Under the pieces are notes generated by a model that did no database searches, was not told the origin of the DNA, and saw only the letters and a program-made list of their open reading frames with translations. A program made the position numbers and the translations under genes. From assembly GCA_964573095.1 (NCBI GenBank), contig CAZNIK010000002.1, positions 7,230 through 71,229 on the forward strand: DNA of 64,000 nt, written 5' to 3'. This DNA is from an uncultured Candidatus Saccharibacteria bacterium (GTDB lineage: Bacteria > Patescibacteriota > Saccharimonadia > Saccharimonadales > 2-12-FULL-41-12). Of this stretch, positions 18,983 to 27,615 are shown piece after piece (the first letter of the stretch is position 1; each line of letters begins with the position of its first letter).

Positions 18983-19609
18983 TTATTGACGCTTCAGCAC
19001 CAATAACTTGGTGGTATCTGTCAGCTCCAAGCCTTTTGTCTTCAAAGAATCAACTGTGTCCATCGGTTCCATCGCAACACCCTTTAGCGCTTCTTCAAGA
19101 TCAGCTTGTGGCACTTCGTATTTGATCGCTTTGTCGGCGTAATGGGTCGGGATCACCAACTTCGGCTCAATTTTCTTTATAATTTTTTGGGCGCCTACTC
19201 CGTCAAGCGTATAGCCGTTTCCGCCTACTGGAATAATAAGAATATCAATCGTGCCCAACGCCTCGAGCTGATTATCGGACAATTCGGGATATATGTGCCC
19301 AACTACCGCAATTCGCACATCGTCAACAATTACCCTGTACATCGTGGCCGATTCGTCCCTGTTCTCCTCAATATGCGACCGACTAGCAATACCTTGGATC
19401 GATGCATCTGACAGTTCATACTCCCCTGGGCTATCGATCACAAAACGCGAAGTCTCGGTATGGGGCAACAGTTTTGAGGTATACAAGCTAATGTCGTCTT
19501 TTCCAGCTATCGACTTAAGGCCAAGCTGCAAAAGATTATCATCTACCACCACCGTTGCTTTTTTTGACGAAATTTTTACCGCGTTGGCTCCAAAATACTG
19601 AATCTCCAT
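18983..19609 (-). CDS. MBL-fold/UPF0173-like hydrolase-like protein
   Basis: 208 aa. MEIQYFGANAVKISS...VVDD, ...DILIIPVGG..., ...VIPTHY resemble the beta-lactamase-fold hydrolase family. No clear HxHxDH motif. Confidence 0.5.
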   Translation of the reverse strand: MEIQYFGANAVKISSKKATVVVDDNLLQLGLKSIAGKDDISLYTSKLLPHTETSRFVIDSPGEYELSDASIQGIASRSHIEENRDESATMYRVIVDDVRIAVVGHIYPELSDNQLEALGTIDILIIPVGGNGYTLDGVGAQKIIKKIEPKLVIPTHYADKAIKYEVPQADLEEALKGVAMEPMDTVDSLKTKGLELTDTTKLLVLKRQ

Positions 19610-19612
19610 ACA

Positions 19613-20233
19613 CTACCCTTCTTGTTCGGTTTCTTTATCGTCTTTATTTGATTTTTTCGGCTTCAGCAAATCCTTATCAACCAGAACTTGTTTTTTCGAG
19701 CCAAGCACCGTCAACAAAAATCGGTCGTTGACTTGTTTTCGGTAGCTGAATTCTTTTCGGCTCATCGACACGTAATCGATTTCCTTATTTTCTTTCGCCT
19801 CAAGTTCGCTGACATACTTCGAAAGTTGCGTTTGGTTTATGTCACCGACAATCAAAAGATCAACGCCACTTTTTTCATCCCGGGTAAACTTGCCCGTCAA
19901 AATTACAAGGTCAACCCGACCAAGTGGTTTTAGTTCGGCAAAGCTATCTTCTGTATTTTCATCAGTTGTTTTTGTAACAACGCCTCCAAATATCTCAGCC
20001 AGTGGTTTATAAAACTCATATGCTTGGTTGACTTCATAGTACAGTCGGTTGTTGGTTGTTTCAGACGAGATAATTCCAATACTCAATAAGTTCGATAGCT
20101 CTCGTCGTACCGAATTTATCTGCTCATCAATCTTCCGAGTAATTTCTCGAACATAGAATGAGCGGTTCGGATTGCTATAGAACAACTGAAGTAGCTTTAC
20201 GCGTGTCTTTGACCCAAAGAGTTGATCAACCAT
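19613..20233 (-). CDS. winged-helix (ArsR-like) transcriptional regulator
   Basis: 206 aa. N-terminus LFGSKTRVKLLQLFYSNPNRSFYVREITRKIDEQINSVRRELSNL is a wHTH pattern. Confidence 0.6.
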   Translation of the reverse strand: MVDQLFGSKTRVKLLQLFYSNPNRSFYVREITRKIDEQINSVRRELSNLLSIGIISSETTNNRLYYEVNQAYEFYKPLAEIFGGVVTKTTDENTEDSFAELKPLGRVDLVILTGKFTRDEKSGVDLLIVGDINQTQLSKYVSELEAKENKEIDYVSMSRKEFSYRKQVNDRFLLTVLGSKKQVLVDKDLLKPKKSNKDDKETEQEG

Positions 20234-20246
20234 GGTAGGTATTGTA

Positions 20247-21119
20247 TCAAATTTTTGTTAGGTAAAGTGTAATTTCTTTTTTAAGCTGTTCTACAGATTG
20301 TACCCACTGCATGTTTTGGTCTCGCTTAAACCACGTCAACTGTCTTTTCGCGAGTTGACGGTCATTTTGCTTTGCACGTTCGGTAGCCTCGTCCAAGCTA
20401 AGGTTGCCTAAAATGTGTTCAGTAAACGCTTTGTACATTGGGGCCGACAAGCCGACCGCATTTGGACCATACTCATTCACCAAACTGCGAACTTCATCAA
20501 CCAAACCCATCGAAAGCATAGTCTCAACCCGGGTACTTATTCGACCGCTGAGCACGCCCCCGTCACATTGAATCGCACCCATAAATACACCTGCGAGCAG
20601 TTGTTTTTTTTGTAACGCTTTTTTCGAGCGCAAGATTGCACCAGACAAATGTCGGCGATTCGAAAAGCTTCCATACGTCTCATCAATGCCACGAGTCATG
20701 GCAATTTTTTGTAATTCTTCAATTGGTTTTTGCTCAAGCTTAGTTCGCGCAGTCCTGTCGACTGCTTGACCAAACTCATAGCTATACATCAGCCCATTTA
20801 TATATAATCCTGTACCGCCAACGACAAACGGGATGTTGCCTCTTTGCCTAATTTCAGCAATTGCTTTGGTGGCGCATTTCTGGAAATCGTAGGCCGAAAA
20901 TGTTTGATTTGGATCCACCATATCAAGACAATGATGTCGCACCCGCTCCCGTTCGGCCGGCGATGGTTTCGCGGTTCCAATATCCATACCACGATAGACC
21001 GTTCTAGAATCGGCACAAATTATCTCGCCACCAAACCGCTCGGCCATCTCCAATGCAACCTCTGACTTACCAGTCGCGGTTTGGCCCACAATTGCGACTA
21101 GTTTTGTGTTGGGGTCCAT
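20247..21119 (-). CDS. miaA: tRNA dimethylallyltransferase
   Basis: 290 aa, GQTATGKSEVALEMAERFGGEIICADSRTVYRGMDIGTAKPS. Confidence 0.92.
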   Translation of the reverse strand: MDPNTKLVAIVGQTATGKSEVALEMAERFGGEIICADSRTVYRGMDIGTAKPSPAERERVRHHCLDMVDPNQTFSAYDFQKCATKAIAEIRQRGNIPFVVGGTGLYINGLMYSYEFGQAVDRTARTKLEQKPIEELQKIAMTRGIDETYGSFSNRRHLSGAILRSKKALQKKQLLAGVFMGAIQCDGGVLSGRISTRVETMLSMGLVDEVRSLVNEYGPNAVGLSAPMYKAFTEHILGNLSLDEATERAKQNDRQLAKRQLTWFKRDQNMQWVQSVEQLKKEITLYLTKI

Positions 21120-21421
21120 AGATATTTACTGAGATCAATATAATATGTGTCGCTGACTACAACCCCTTCCGATTCAAGGTGTTGCTTGTGCCCACCTCTC
21201 CCGCCGGGATACCCAAGCGCCAGCCCACCTTTTTTATTAACCACCCTCTGCCACGGAAGAGCTGGGTCACTGAAATGCGCAATTCCACCGACAATCCTTG
21301 CTGCCCGAGCATTTCCACAGATCGCCGCAATTTGGCCATAGGTCATCACGCGCCCGCTTGGTATCTGCGCAACAATAGAGCGCACCCGCTCCGCAAACCC
21401 ACTATCAACTGAATCATTCAT
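21098..21421 (-). CDS. alkyltransferase-like (ATL) protein, MGMT DNA-binding domain without catalytic Cys
   Basis: 107 aa. IPSGRVMTYGQIA...ARIVGGIA...LPWQRVV shows PWQRV in place of PCHRV. Overlaps the miaA start by 22 nt. Confidence 0.8.
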   Translation of the reverse strand: MNDSVDSGFAERVRSIVAQIPSGRVMTYGQIAAICGNARAARIVGGIAHFSDPALPWQRVVNKKGGLALGYPGGRGGHKQHLESEGVVVSDTYYIDLSKYLWTPTQN

Positions 21422-21423
21422 CT

Positions 21424-23283
21424 CTATAAAGAAGTGCGGCTGACGCGACTTTTACTCTCGTGAGCAACGGTCTTTAGAAAGTTTTCTACCGACATTGGCT
21501 TGTGTGACTCGGTTATCTCAAGATCGGTGCGTACCCGCGGCACAACTTTTCCAGACTCAACTTCTTTCGGACCGACAATTAACACATACGGAACTTTGTA
21601 TAGCTCGGCGTTTCTAATTTTCTTGCCAACCGATTCGTTATCATTATCCACCACCGCTCGAAGTCCCAGATCTTTTGCAATGTCTGCAATCTTGGCAACA
21701 AACGCCAGCGTCTCATCCTCTTGGTTTACGCTTGCAATTCTAATCTGTTCTGGAGCCAACCAAATCGGAAACTTCCCAGCAGTATGCTCTATGTAGACAC
21801 TCAAAAAACGCTCAATAGAACCCAAGATTGCTTTATGAATCATAACTGGACGCCGTTTTTTGCCTTCATCATCGGTGTATTCGAGCAAAAACCGTTCCGG
21901 TTGCACAAAATCGGCCTGCACCGTTGCGCATTGCCACTCTCGTCCGAGTGCATCCCTAATCATGATGTCTATTTTGGGTCCATAAAATGCTGCTTCACCC
22001 TCTTCGACGACGTAAGAAAGCTTCACTTTTTTTGCAACTGACTCAAGGGCGGCTTGGGCCACATCCCAGACCTTTTTATCACCCAAATAGTTGTCAGAAT
22101 CATCTCTAAAAGACAGCCGAAGATGCAGGTCGAGATCTAAAACCCCGTAGAACCGCTTCACCATTTCCATGATCGACAACATCTCTTCTTCAATTTGATC
22201 GTTTCTTACGAAGGCATGGGAATCATCTTGGGTAAGCGCTCTTACTCTGGAAAGTCCATGTAGCTCACCGCTCTTTTCGTCACGGTACATTGTCGTTGTT
22301 TCCATATATCTCAGCGGGAGGTCTCTATAACTTCTTGGTCGAGACGCATATATCTGCGTGACATGGGGGCAGTTCATTGGCTTCAACATAAACTCATCAT
22401 CCGATTCAATACTTGAGACATCAAATCTCTCGGGATATTTGTCGTAGTGGCCCGATACTTTGTACAGCTCCACCCTGGTCATATGTGGTGCCCACACCGC
22501 CTCGTATCCACCCTCTCGCTGCAGCTCTTCAGAGAAACGAATTAGCTCATTTCGCAGCACCGTTCCTCTTGGCGTAAAAAGCGGCAAACCCGGACCCACC
22601 AGATCAGACATCGTAAACAGATCAAGTTCTTTGCCTAGTTTCCGGTGATCTCGCTTCTTGGCCTGTTCAATCATTTCTAGGTGGTGAGCAAGCTCTTCTT
22701 TGGTGTCGAACGCTACGCCGTAGAGTCGTTGCATCTGAGGATTTTCCTCTTTGCCGCGCCAATAGGCACCCGCAACTCTCATCAATTTGAAGGCTCCAAC
22801 CTTGCCGGTAGACTCAACGTGGGGACCTCTACAGAGGTCGACGAAGTCGCCGTTGGTATAGAAAGTGACAGAACCAACTTCTACTTTGGTCGGGCTAACC
22901 CCGGCAATTCCTGCCGGCAAACCCATCATCGAAGCATCAAGCTCTCTTGCCAGCGTTGTTCCTTCCCTCATCAGATCGTTTAGCAGTTCCTGTTTATAGG
23001 GCTGCTTGGACTCTTTCGCCCACTCTATCGCCTCGCCAATCTTTTTTTCACTCTTCTCAAATATTTGATTTTCGTTGATTATCTTCTTCATTTCAGCTTC
23101 TATATGAGGAAAGTCTTCTTCTGATATCGTCTCGTCACCAAGGTCGATATCATAATAAAAGCCATTCTCGACGACTGGACCCACGCCAAATTTTGCGTGA
23201 GGCCAAATATTTTTTACTGCACTTGCCGTAATGTGTGCCAAGCTGTGGCGCATTGCATCAAGCTTCTTCGCTTTCTCAGACAC
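21424..23283 (-). CDS. thrS: threonine-tRNA ligase
   Basis: 619 aa, GTG start with AAAGAGG SD. MRHSLAHITA, RVRALTQDDSHAFV (class II core), C-terminal anticodon-binding domain. Confidence 0.96.
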   Translation of the reverse strand: MSEKAKKLDAMRHSLAHITASAVKNIWPHAKFGVGPVVENGFYYDIDLGDETISEEDFPHIEAEMKKIINENQIFEKSEKKIGEAIEWAKESKQPYKQELLNDLMREGTTLARELDASMMGLPAGIAGVSPTKVEVGSVTFYTNGDFVDLCRGPHVESTGKVGAFKLMRVAGAYWRGKEENPQMQRLYGVAFDTKEELAHHLEMIEQAKKRDHRKLGKELDLFTMSDLVGPGLPLFTPRGTVLRNELIRFSEELQREGGYEAVWAPHMTRVELYKVSGHYDKYPERFDVSSIESDDEFMLKPMNCPHVTQIYASRPRSYRDLPLRYMETTTMYRDEKSGELHGLSRVRALTQDDSHAFVRNDQIEEEMLSIMEMVKRFYGVLDLDLHLRLSFRDDSDNYLGDKKVWDVAQAALESVAKKVKLSYVVEEGEAAFYGPKIDIMIRDALGREWQCATVQADFVQPERFLLEYTDDEGKKRRPVMIHKAILGSIERFLSVYIEHTAGKFPIWLAPEQIRIASVNQEDETLAFVAKIADIAKDLGLRAVVDNDNESVGKKIRNAELYKVPYVLIVGPKEVESGKVVPRVRTDLEITESHKPMSVENFLKTVAHESKSRVSRTSL

Positions 23284-23329
23284 AGTCTAGCCTCTTTCGT
23301 TTTCGAACTAATAACTTGCTAAATTATAG

Positions 23330-23372
23330 CAAAAACAAAAACGTCGTGCCTTCTCGCAATTGAGGCACGACG
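23330..23372 (-). terminator. intrinsic terminator directly upstream of the thrS promoter
   Basis: Minus strand has CGTCGTGCC-13 nt-GGCACGACG followed by TTTTTGTTTTTG, then GCTATAAT (-10). Confidence 0.5.
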
Positions 23373-23560
23373 AATGTCTCTGTTAACAGCTAACAAAACT
23401 TCACCTAGCGACCATCATAGCAAGGTTAGTATTATCAAGCTAGTACTATTCTATTGTTATATTTACACTGGGTCTGGTCATAAGTCCCCTTAGCCTGCTT
23501 TTTTAGGTTTACTTCTGCTATTTATTTCGGTATGCTGATATCTGTTATTTAGGGTATTTT

Positions 23561-23637
23561 GGGCGATTAGCTCATTTGGCTAGAGCGCCACATTGACGTT
23601 GTGGAGGTGATAGGTTCGAATCCTATATCGCCCACCA
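23561..23637 (+). tRNA. tRNA-Val (anticodon GAC), CCA encoded
   Basis: GGGCGAT-TA-GCTC-ATTTGGCTA-GAGC-G-CCACA-TTGACGT-TGTGG-AGGTG-ATAGG-TTCGAAT-CCTAT-ATCGCCC-A-CCA. Confidence 0.93.
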
Positions 23638-23732
23638 TTACCCTACCTATCGTTCATGCCTGCATTGACCTGCAAGAGACTTGCATATAGTAGTCTTTTT
23701 TGCTACGATAGATCGGTTAATGAGGAGGTTTG

Positions 23733-23831
23733 GTGAGTACCAAAACTGCAAGCGCCCTCGAGGACTTTAAACTGTTTTACGAAGACCTAAGTACCTCGAA
23801 GGCAACCAATCGAATCCGTAGGAATCGATAA
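23733..23831 (+). CDS. candidate 32-aa small ORF (speculative)
   Basis: GAGGAGG SD 4 nt before GTG 23733. Encodes (M)STKTASALEDFKLFYEDLSTSKATNRIRRNR, stop TAA 23829-23831. Flanked by a promoter-like TTGACC...TATAGT and a terminator hairpin. Confidence 0.25.
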   Translation: MSTKTASALEDFKLFYEDLSTSKATNRIRRNR

Positions 23832-23860
23832 CCGACTACGAAAACGAAGAGAGCCAAAAC

Positions 23861-23893
23861 AAGCCCGGATAGACAAAACCAGGCTTTATTTTT
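23861..23893 (+). terminator. terminator-like hairpin
   Basis: AAGCCCGG-10 nt-CCAGGCTT (one mismatch) followed by TATTTTTG. Confidence 0.4.
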
Positions 23894-23952
23894 GCACCGA
23901 AAATTCTAGTTATGCACTAGCTTTTTGAATAGCGTCATGACAATATATAGAC

Positions 23953-24360
23953 ATGGTATGTGTATATTGCAGCGCAAAAACAGTTGTTTCTAACTCACGA
24001 GCTACCAAAAATAGCACTGTCACCTGGCGGCGTCGAACCTGTACGAGTTGCCGCGCGGTTGCGACCTCCCTTGAGAGTTACGATTACACCGCGACTCACC
24101 GCGTCCGCAACAAAGATGGTTCCCTACAGCCTTTCTACAGAGATCGCTTGTTCATAGATGTACACCAAAGCCTTTTACACCGAAAAGCCGCCTACAGGGA
24201 CGCTACAGCTCTCACAGACACAATTGTTCGGCAAATTATTGGTAGCTCCAGCCGCGGGTTAATAGACACTTCTACAGTTATCAACCAAGTGTTGCGGACC
24301 CTGTCACACTTCGACGATGCCGCGGCCACCCACTACCGGGCACACCATGGCACCGGGTAG
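23953..24360 (+). CDS. nrdR: NrdR-like transcriptional repressor (zinc ribbon + short ATP-cone)
   Basis: 135 aa. CVYCSAKTVVSNSR...WRRRTCTSC is a CxxC...CxxC ribbon. Then KDGSLQPFYRDRLFIDV. Confidence 0.8.
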   Translation: MVCVYCSAKTVVSNSRATKNSTVTWRRRTCTSCRAVATSLESYDYTATHRVRNKDGSLQPFYRDRLFIDVHQSLLHRKAAYRDATALTDTIVRQIIGSSSRGLIDTSTVINQVLRTLSHFDDAAATHYRAHHGTG

Positions 24361-25965
24361 CTAGACGACTTTTTCGCCCGATTCGGTGACAACCGCCTTT
24401 TCGGTCACATCAAATTTATCGAGGTATTTTCCGAGGAATAATCTGGTTTGCGAATACAGAGCCGCTCCGGCACTGTAACCGATAGTGGTAAGCGGTAGAA
24501 GCGCCCACTGAAACACCATCAGCACCGTCCGATGATGTTTATAGCGCTCTGGCTTTGGTGGCAACGACCGAAAGCTTAGGTACATGGTTACTATGAGTCC
24601 TGCCATCGCAATTGTCTGGATTCGACTGGCAATGTTTGGTAGTTGATTGGCCGCGATGTCTTGTGGGTTAAAGAGTATCGGTATGAACGCCGAAAATGCC
24701 AAGATAATTGGCGCAGTCGCCCAGCTTAGGTGGCTTTCGATAAGACGCGACAGCTTGGCAAGCCCGTCAAAAAACGGCACCTTGCTTTCTCTACTCAGCA
24801 GCCTCGTACCGACATACGCGATATCCGAGGCGCCCCAAGCCCATCGTCGTATCTGTACAAACTGGGCTTTTAGCGTCCTCCGATAGCCTTCTGCTAGCAC
24901 CGCGTCTTGATAAATGGGTACATAGATTGGATAGACCTCGTGCCTTCCGTCGTACCGAAAATAAGTGCGCCAAAACTGGTGACCATCCTCTACAATCGTC
25001 CGAACGCTCCAAAAATCAGTATCTATCAAAGCCGCCATGCTCTGCGCATGAGACGAAAAATTGCGAATCATATGCGGCCGTAGACTCTGAACAATGTTCC
25101 AAAACGAGTTACCGGTTGCAACCACTCGCATAAGCGCCGGCACATCCCAAATATTGTTCGTAAACATCGGTATTGGCTGGAACGATACGTATCGCGGTTC
25201 TGGGACCAAACAAAACGTATACGTCAGTGCCGCCAAATAATTTGGGTGGGGCCGATTGTCTGCATCAAGCGTAGTAACTTGGACGCGTATTGGGTCAATG
25301 TCGCGCTGGGCGAGCATTTCTTGCAGCTTCCTGCCCGCATAGGTGATGTTTCCGCCCTTGCCAACGACTTCGTTCGGGATACCATCGGGGTGTTCAACAG
25401 CTTGGGCAAACAGAAACCTATCGCCATATTCTTTGATCAGCTGGGCCGACTGGGTTGCAATTCGGGCCCCACCGCGCGCTTCGTAGGCAATGATAAGGAT
25501 TACTTTGCTCATATCATAGTTAGAATCCAGCACTGACTTGATCGTCGGCTCTATCACCTCTCGACTCTCGTTGTAGGTAGCAATCATCACCGCGTGCACA
25601 GCCTCACTGGGCTTGACCTTGGCCGGAACCCGCTGAATTCGAGCAATATTTTTCTTGTGCCATTTTGGGACACTGCTTGTGGTTATTGTTTCATTCTCAA
25701 CATCATTCAGCAGTACGCTCCAGTCTAGAGCCTCGTGTTTCTTCATCGTCCTATAGCCTTGCAGCACCCGAACGTTGAGAACAACCGCTCTGACAAACCA
25801 CATTAACAGATAGGCAATAATAAAAAATGCCGTCGCCCTGGGACTAATAAAGCTAAGAATAAATGGTAACGCCAACAAGGACCAACTGAGCGTTGCCGGC
25901 AGTTTTTCTAGCATTCGATACACCCTCGACTTGTCTTTTTGCAAAGGTATTTCGATGTTTTTCAT
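24361..25965 (-). CDS. processive family-2 glycosyltransferase (polysaccharide synthase-like), polytopic
   Basis: 534 aa. TLDADN..., QFVQIRRWAWG (QxxRW motif). TM helices at both ends. Confidence 0.8.
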   Translation of the reverse strand: MKNIEIPLQKDKSRVYRMLEKLPATLSWSLLALPFILSFISPRATAFFIIAYLLMWFVRAVVLNVRVLQGYRTMKKHEALDWSVLLNDVENETITTSSVPKWHKKNIARIQRVPAKVKPSEAVHAVMIATYNESREVIEPTIKSVLDSNYDMSKVILIIAYEARGGARIATQSAQLIKEYGDRFLFAQAVEHPDGIPNEVVGKGGNITYAGRKLQEMLAQRDIDPIRVQVTTLDADNRPHPNYLAALTYTFCLVPEPRYVSFQPIPMFTNNIWDVPALMRVVATGNSFWNIVQSLRPHMIRNFSSHAQSMAALIDTDFWSVRTIVEDGHQFWRTYFRYDGRHEVYPIYVPIYQDAVLAEGYRRTLKAQFVQIRRWAWGASDIAYVGTRLLSRESKVPFFDGLAKLSRLIESHLSWATAPIILAFSAFIPILFNPQDIAANQLPNIASRIQTIAMAGLIVTMYLSFRSLPPKPERYKHHRTVLMVFQWALLPLTTIGYSAGAALYSQTRLFLGKYLDKFDVTEKAVVTESGEKVV

Positions 25966-25975
25966 ACAACTATTT

Positions 25976-26329
25976 TTAACGGAGTTGGATTAGTGCACTA
26001 CTCACAAAAAGCGAAAGTATGAGCAGAAGTGTCGTCAGTACCAACACTGTCCAGGCCGCTTGTTTTTTGATGTCATAGACACGAAAACTAATGAACAGCT
26101 GAAATACAAACAATATCACCGCAAAGACCACAAAGCTTACCATCTCGCCAACTCCACCAACTCGGTAGCCGTTAAGGCCCAGATTGGACCGATATTGCTG
26201 GATGTAGCCGTCGCTTGTATCGCCAAGTCGTAGCAGCACGCTCGCGATCACCGCGAGGGCCAAAAAAGTGTTGACTGCCAAAAAGAACAGCACAAACCTA
26301 TCGTGTAAGTATCTTCGTGTTGTAACCAT
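25976..26329 (-). CDS. hypothetical membrane protein (4 TM)
   Basis: 117 aa, hydrophobic. Lies 10 nt downstream of the GT2 gene. Confidence 0.55.
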   Translation of the reverse strand: MVTTRRYLHDRFVLFFLAVNTFLALAVIASVLLRLGDTSDGYIQQYRSNLGLNGYRVGGVGEMVSFVVFAVILFVFQLFISFRVYDIKKQAAWTVLVLTTLLLILSLFVSSALIQLR

Positions 26330-26381
26330 TGCTTACGACACATTATATGCCAACGGAGGCACAATTGCGAGAAGGGCTAAA

Positions 26382-26945
26382 CTAGCCTGGAAGTGCTGAA
26401 AAAGTAATGTCTTTGGGTGGTGCAAGCTTCGTTTCGTCAACGCTCCAACCCTTGCAGTCCATACTAAAATTCTTGCCCGCGTCTTGGCTGCCGCTGTTGG
26501 CGCTCGAGCTTGTATTTCCGCTGTTTAACTTTTCTTTATCAAGAATGAAGCCAAAACTTCGCCCATCGGTTGTTGTCCAACTATACGCTTTATCAGCCGT
26601 GATGAGCGTGTTACTTTGACCTACATTACCTCGCTCGGTAGTAACTTCGGTCGTCATCAATCCACGGCCTTTGCCGTCAGTAAACATACTTCCTTGACCA
26701 TTCCCATTTGGGCCAGAATAAGAAAAGGTGCACTGCCTGGCCTTATTGCCCGAAGAAATACTTTGCAGATTACCGTCAACTTTTGATTCGTCGTTTGTCT
26801 TTGTTGCTTGTAGCGACCCATTAGTCGATTGTGTGGTACTTTCGCTGTTATTAGACGAATCATCTTTTGTCGCCAAAAATACCCCGCCACCGACTAGGCC
26901 AAGCACTACTACACCACCAACTATCAAAATTGCACTTCTACTCAT
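26382..26945 (-). CDS. hypothetical secreted/anchored protein
   Basis: 187 aa with an N-terminal hydrophobic helix and an S/T/N/G-rich ectodomain. Confidence 0.55.
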   Translation of the reverse strand: MSRSAILIVGGVVVLGLVGGGVFLATKDDSSNNSESTTQSTNGSLQATKTNDESKVDGNLQSISSGNKARQCTFSYSGPNGNGQGSMFTDGKGRGLMTTEVTTERGNVGQSNTLITADKAYSWTTTDGRSFGFILDKEKLNSGNTSSSANSGSQDAGKNFSMDCKGWSVDETKLAPPKDITFSALPG

Positions 26946-27012
26946 ACCTCTATCCTCCGCTAATAGCTTTTACAATTTTTAGTATAGCGCAGACAAGAAC
27001 AAAAAGGGCATT

Positions 27013-27086
27013 TGGTGCGAGATACGGGAATCGAACCCGTGTCTCTTGCTTGGGAAGCAAATGTACTACCATTGTACTAATCTCGC
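27013..27086 (-). tRNA. tRNA-Gly (anticodon CCC), CCA encoded
   Basis: Minus strand: GCGAGAT-TA-GTAC-AATGGTA-GTAC-A-TTTGC-TTCCCAA-GCAAG-...-ACGGG-TTCGATT-CCCGT-ATCTCGC-A-CCA. Confidence 0.9.
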
Positions 27087-27111
27087 GGGGCAGGTTTGCC
27101 AAGCCAAACTG

Positions 27112-27188
27112 TGGAGCCGATGGTGGGACTCGAACCCGCGACCCCCACTTTACGAAAGTGGTGCTCTAGCCAGCTGAGCTACATCGGC
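27112..27188 (-). tRNA. tRNA-Thr (anticodon CGU), CCA encoded
   Basis: Minus strand: GCCGATG-TA-GCTC-AGCTGGCTA-GAGC-A-CCACT-TTCGTAA-AGTGG-GGGTC-GCGGG-TTCGAGT-CCCAC-CATCGGC-T-CCA. One C-A mismatch in the T stem. Confidence 0.85.
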
Positions 27189-27419
27189 GAAAAATCCACC
27201 GTTGGACCGCTGTATTATAGCAAACCCTCGCCTTGAGTTATGACCCATTATTTGCTACTATCACACCTGTCATTCACTCACCTCCCCAAACAAAATTTTC
27301 AAACCAAGACTTGTCTGTTTGGAAATTTTAGAGGAGAAGCAGTTCTCGGCTTGTGTGCTTTGATCTTCAGACTTGTTTTGAGGTCACAAGCATACAAGCC
27401 AGATGACTTGCTTGGACGA

Positions 27420-27496
27420 GGGCCCGTGGTGTAGTGGCCTAACATGCCTCCCTGTCACGGAGGAGATCGCCGGTTCAAATCCGGTCGGGCCCGCCA
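27420..27496 (+). tRNA. tRNA-Asp (anticodon GUC), CCA encoded
   Basis: GGGCCCG-TG-GTGT-AGTGGCCTA-ACAT-G-CCTCC-CTGTCAC-GGAGG-AGATC-GCCGG-TTCAAAT-CCGGT-CGGGCCC-G-CCA. Confidence 0.92.
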
Positions 27497-27615
27497 AGTG
27501 TATTTAAGAGCCTTCAATAAATTCATGTTCCTGCTAATCATTGGGGCGCTGTTTGAAGATCTATTCCAAACTTGTTTGTAATTTTAAGCCTTTTCTTGTA
27601 TAGTTTGTAGTCATT

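Noticed and set aside
23284-23560. T-box leader upstream of thrS
   Set aside because: A terminator is present, but the conserved T-box sequence (AATTAGGGTGGTACCGCG-like) and a specifier-loop architecture are not. The hairpin lies upstream of the -10 box, so it more likely terminates an upstream transcript.
26867-27169. 100-aa plus-strand ORF from the track
   Set aside because: It reads straight across tRNA-Gly and tRNA-Thr on the opposite strand. Not coding.
27189-27419. Hairpins between tRNA-Thr and tRNA-Asp (GGCTTGTGTGCTT...AAGCATACAAGCC at about 27346-27400 and TTTCAAACC...GTTTGGAAA at about 27290-27335) as a small RNA
   Set aside because: They are plausibly just promoter or terminator structures of the divergent tRNA genes. 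There is no U-tract or promoter pairing that defines a separate transcript.
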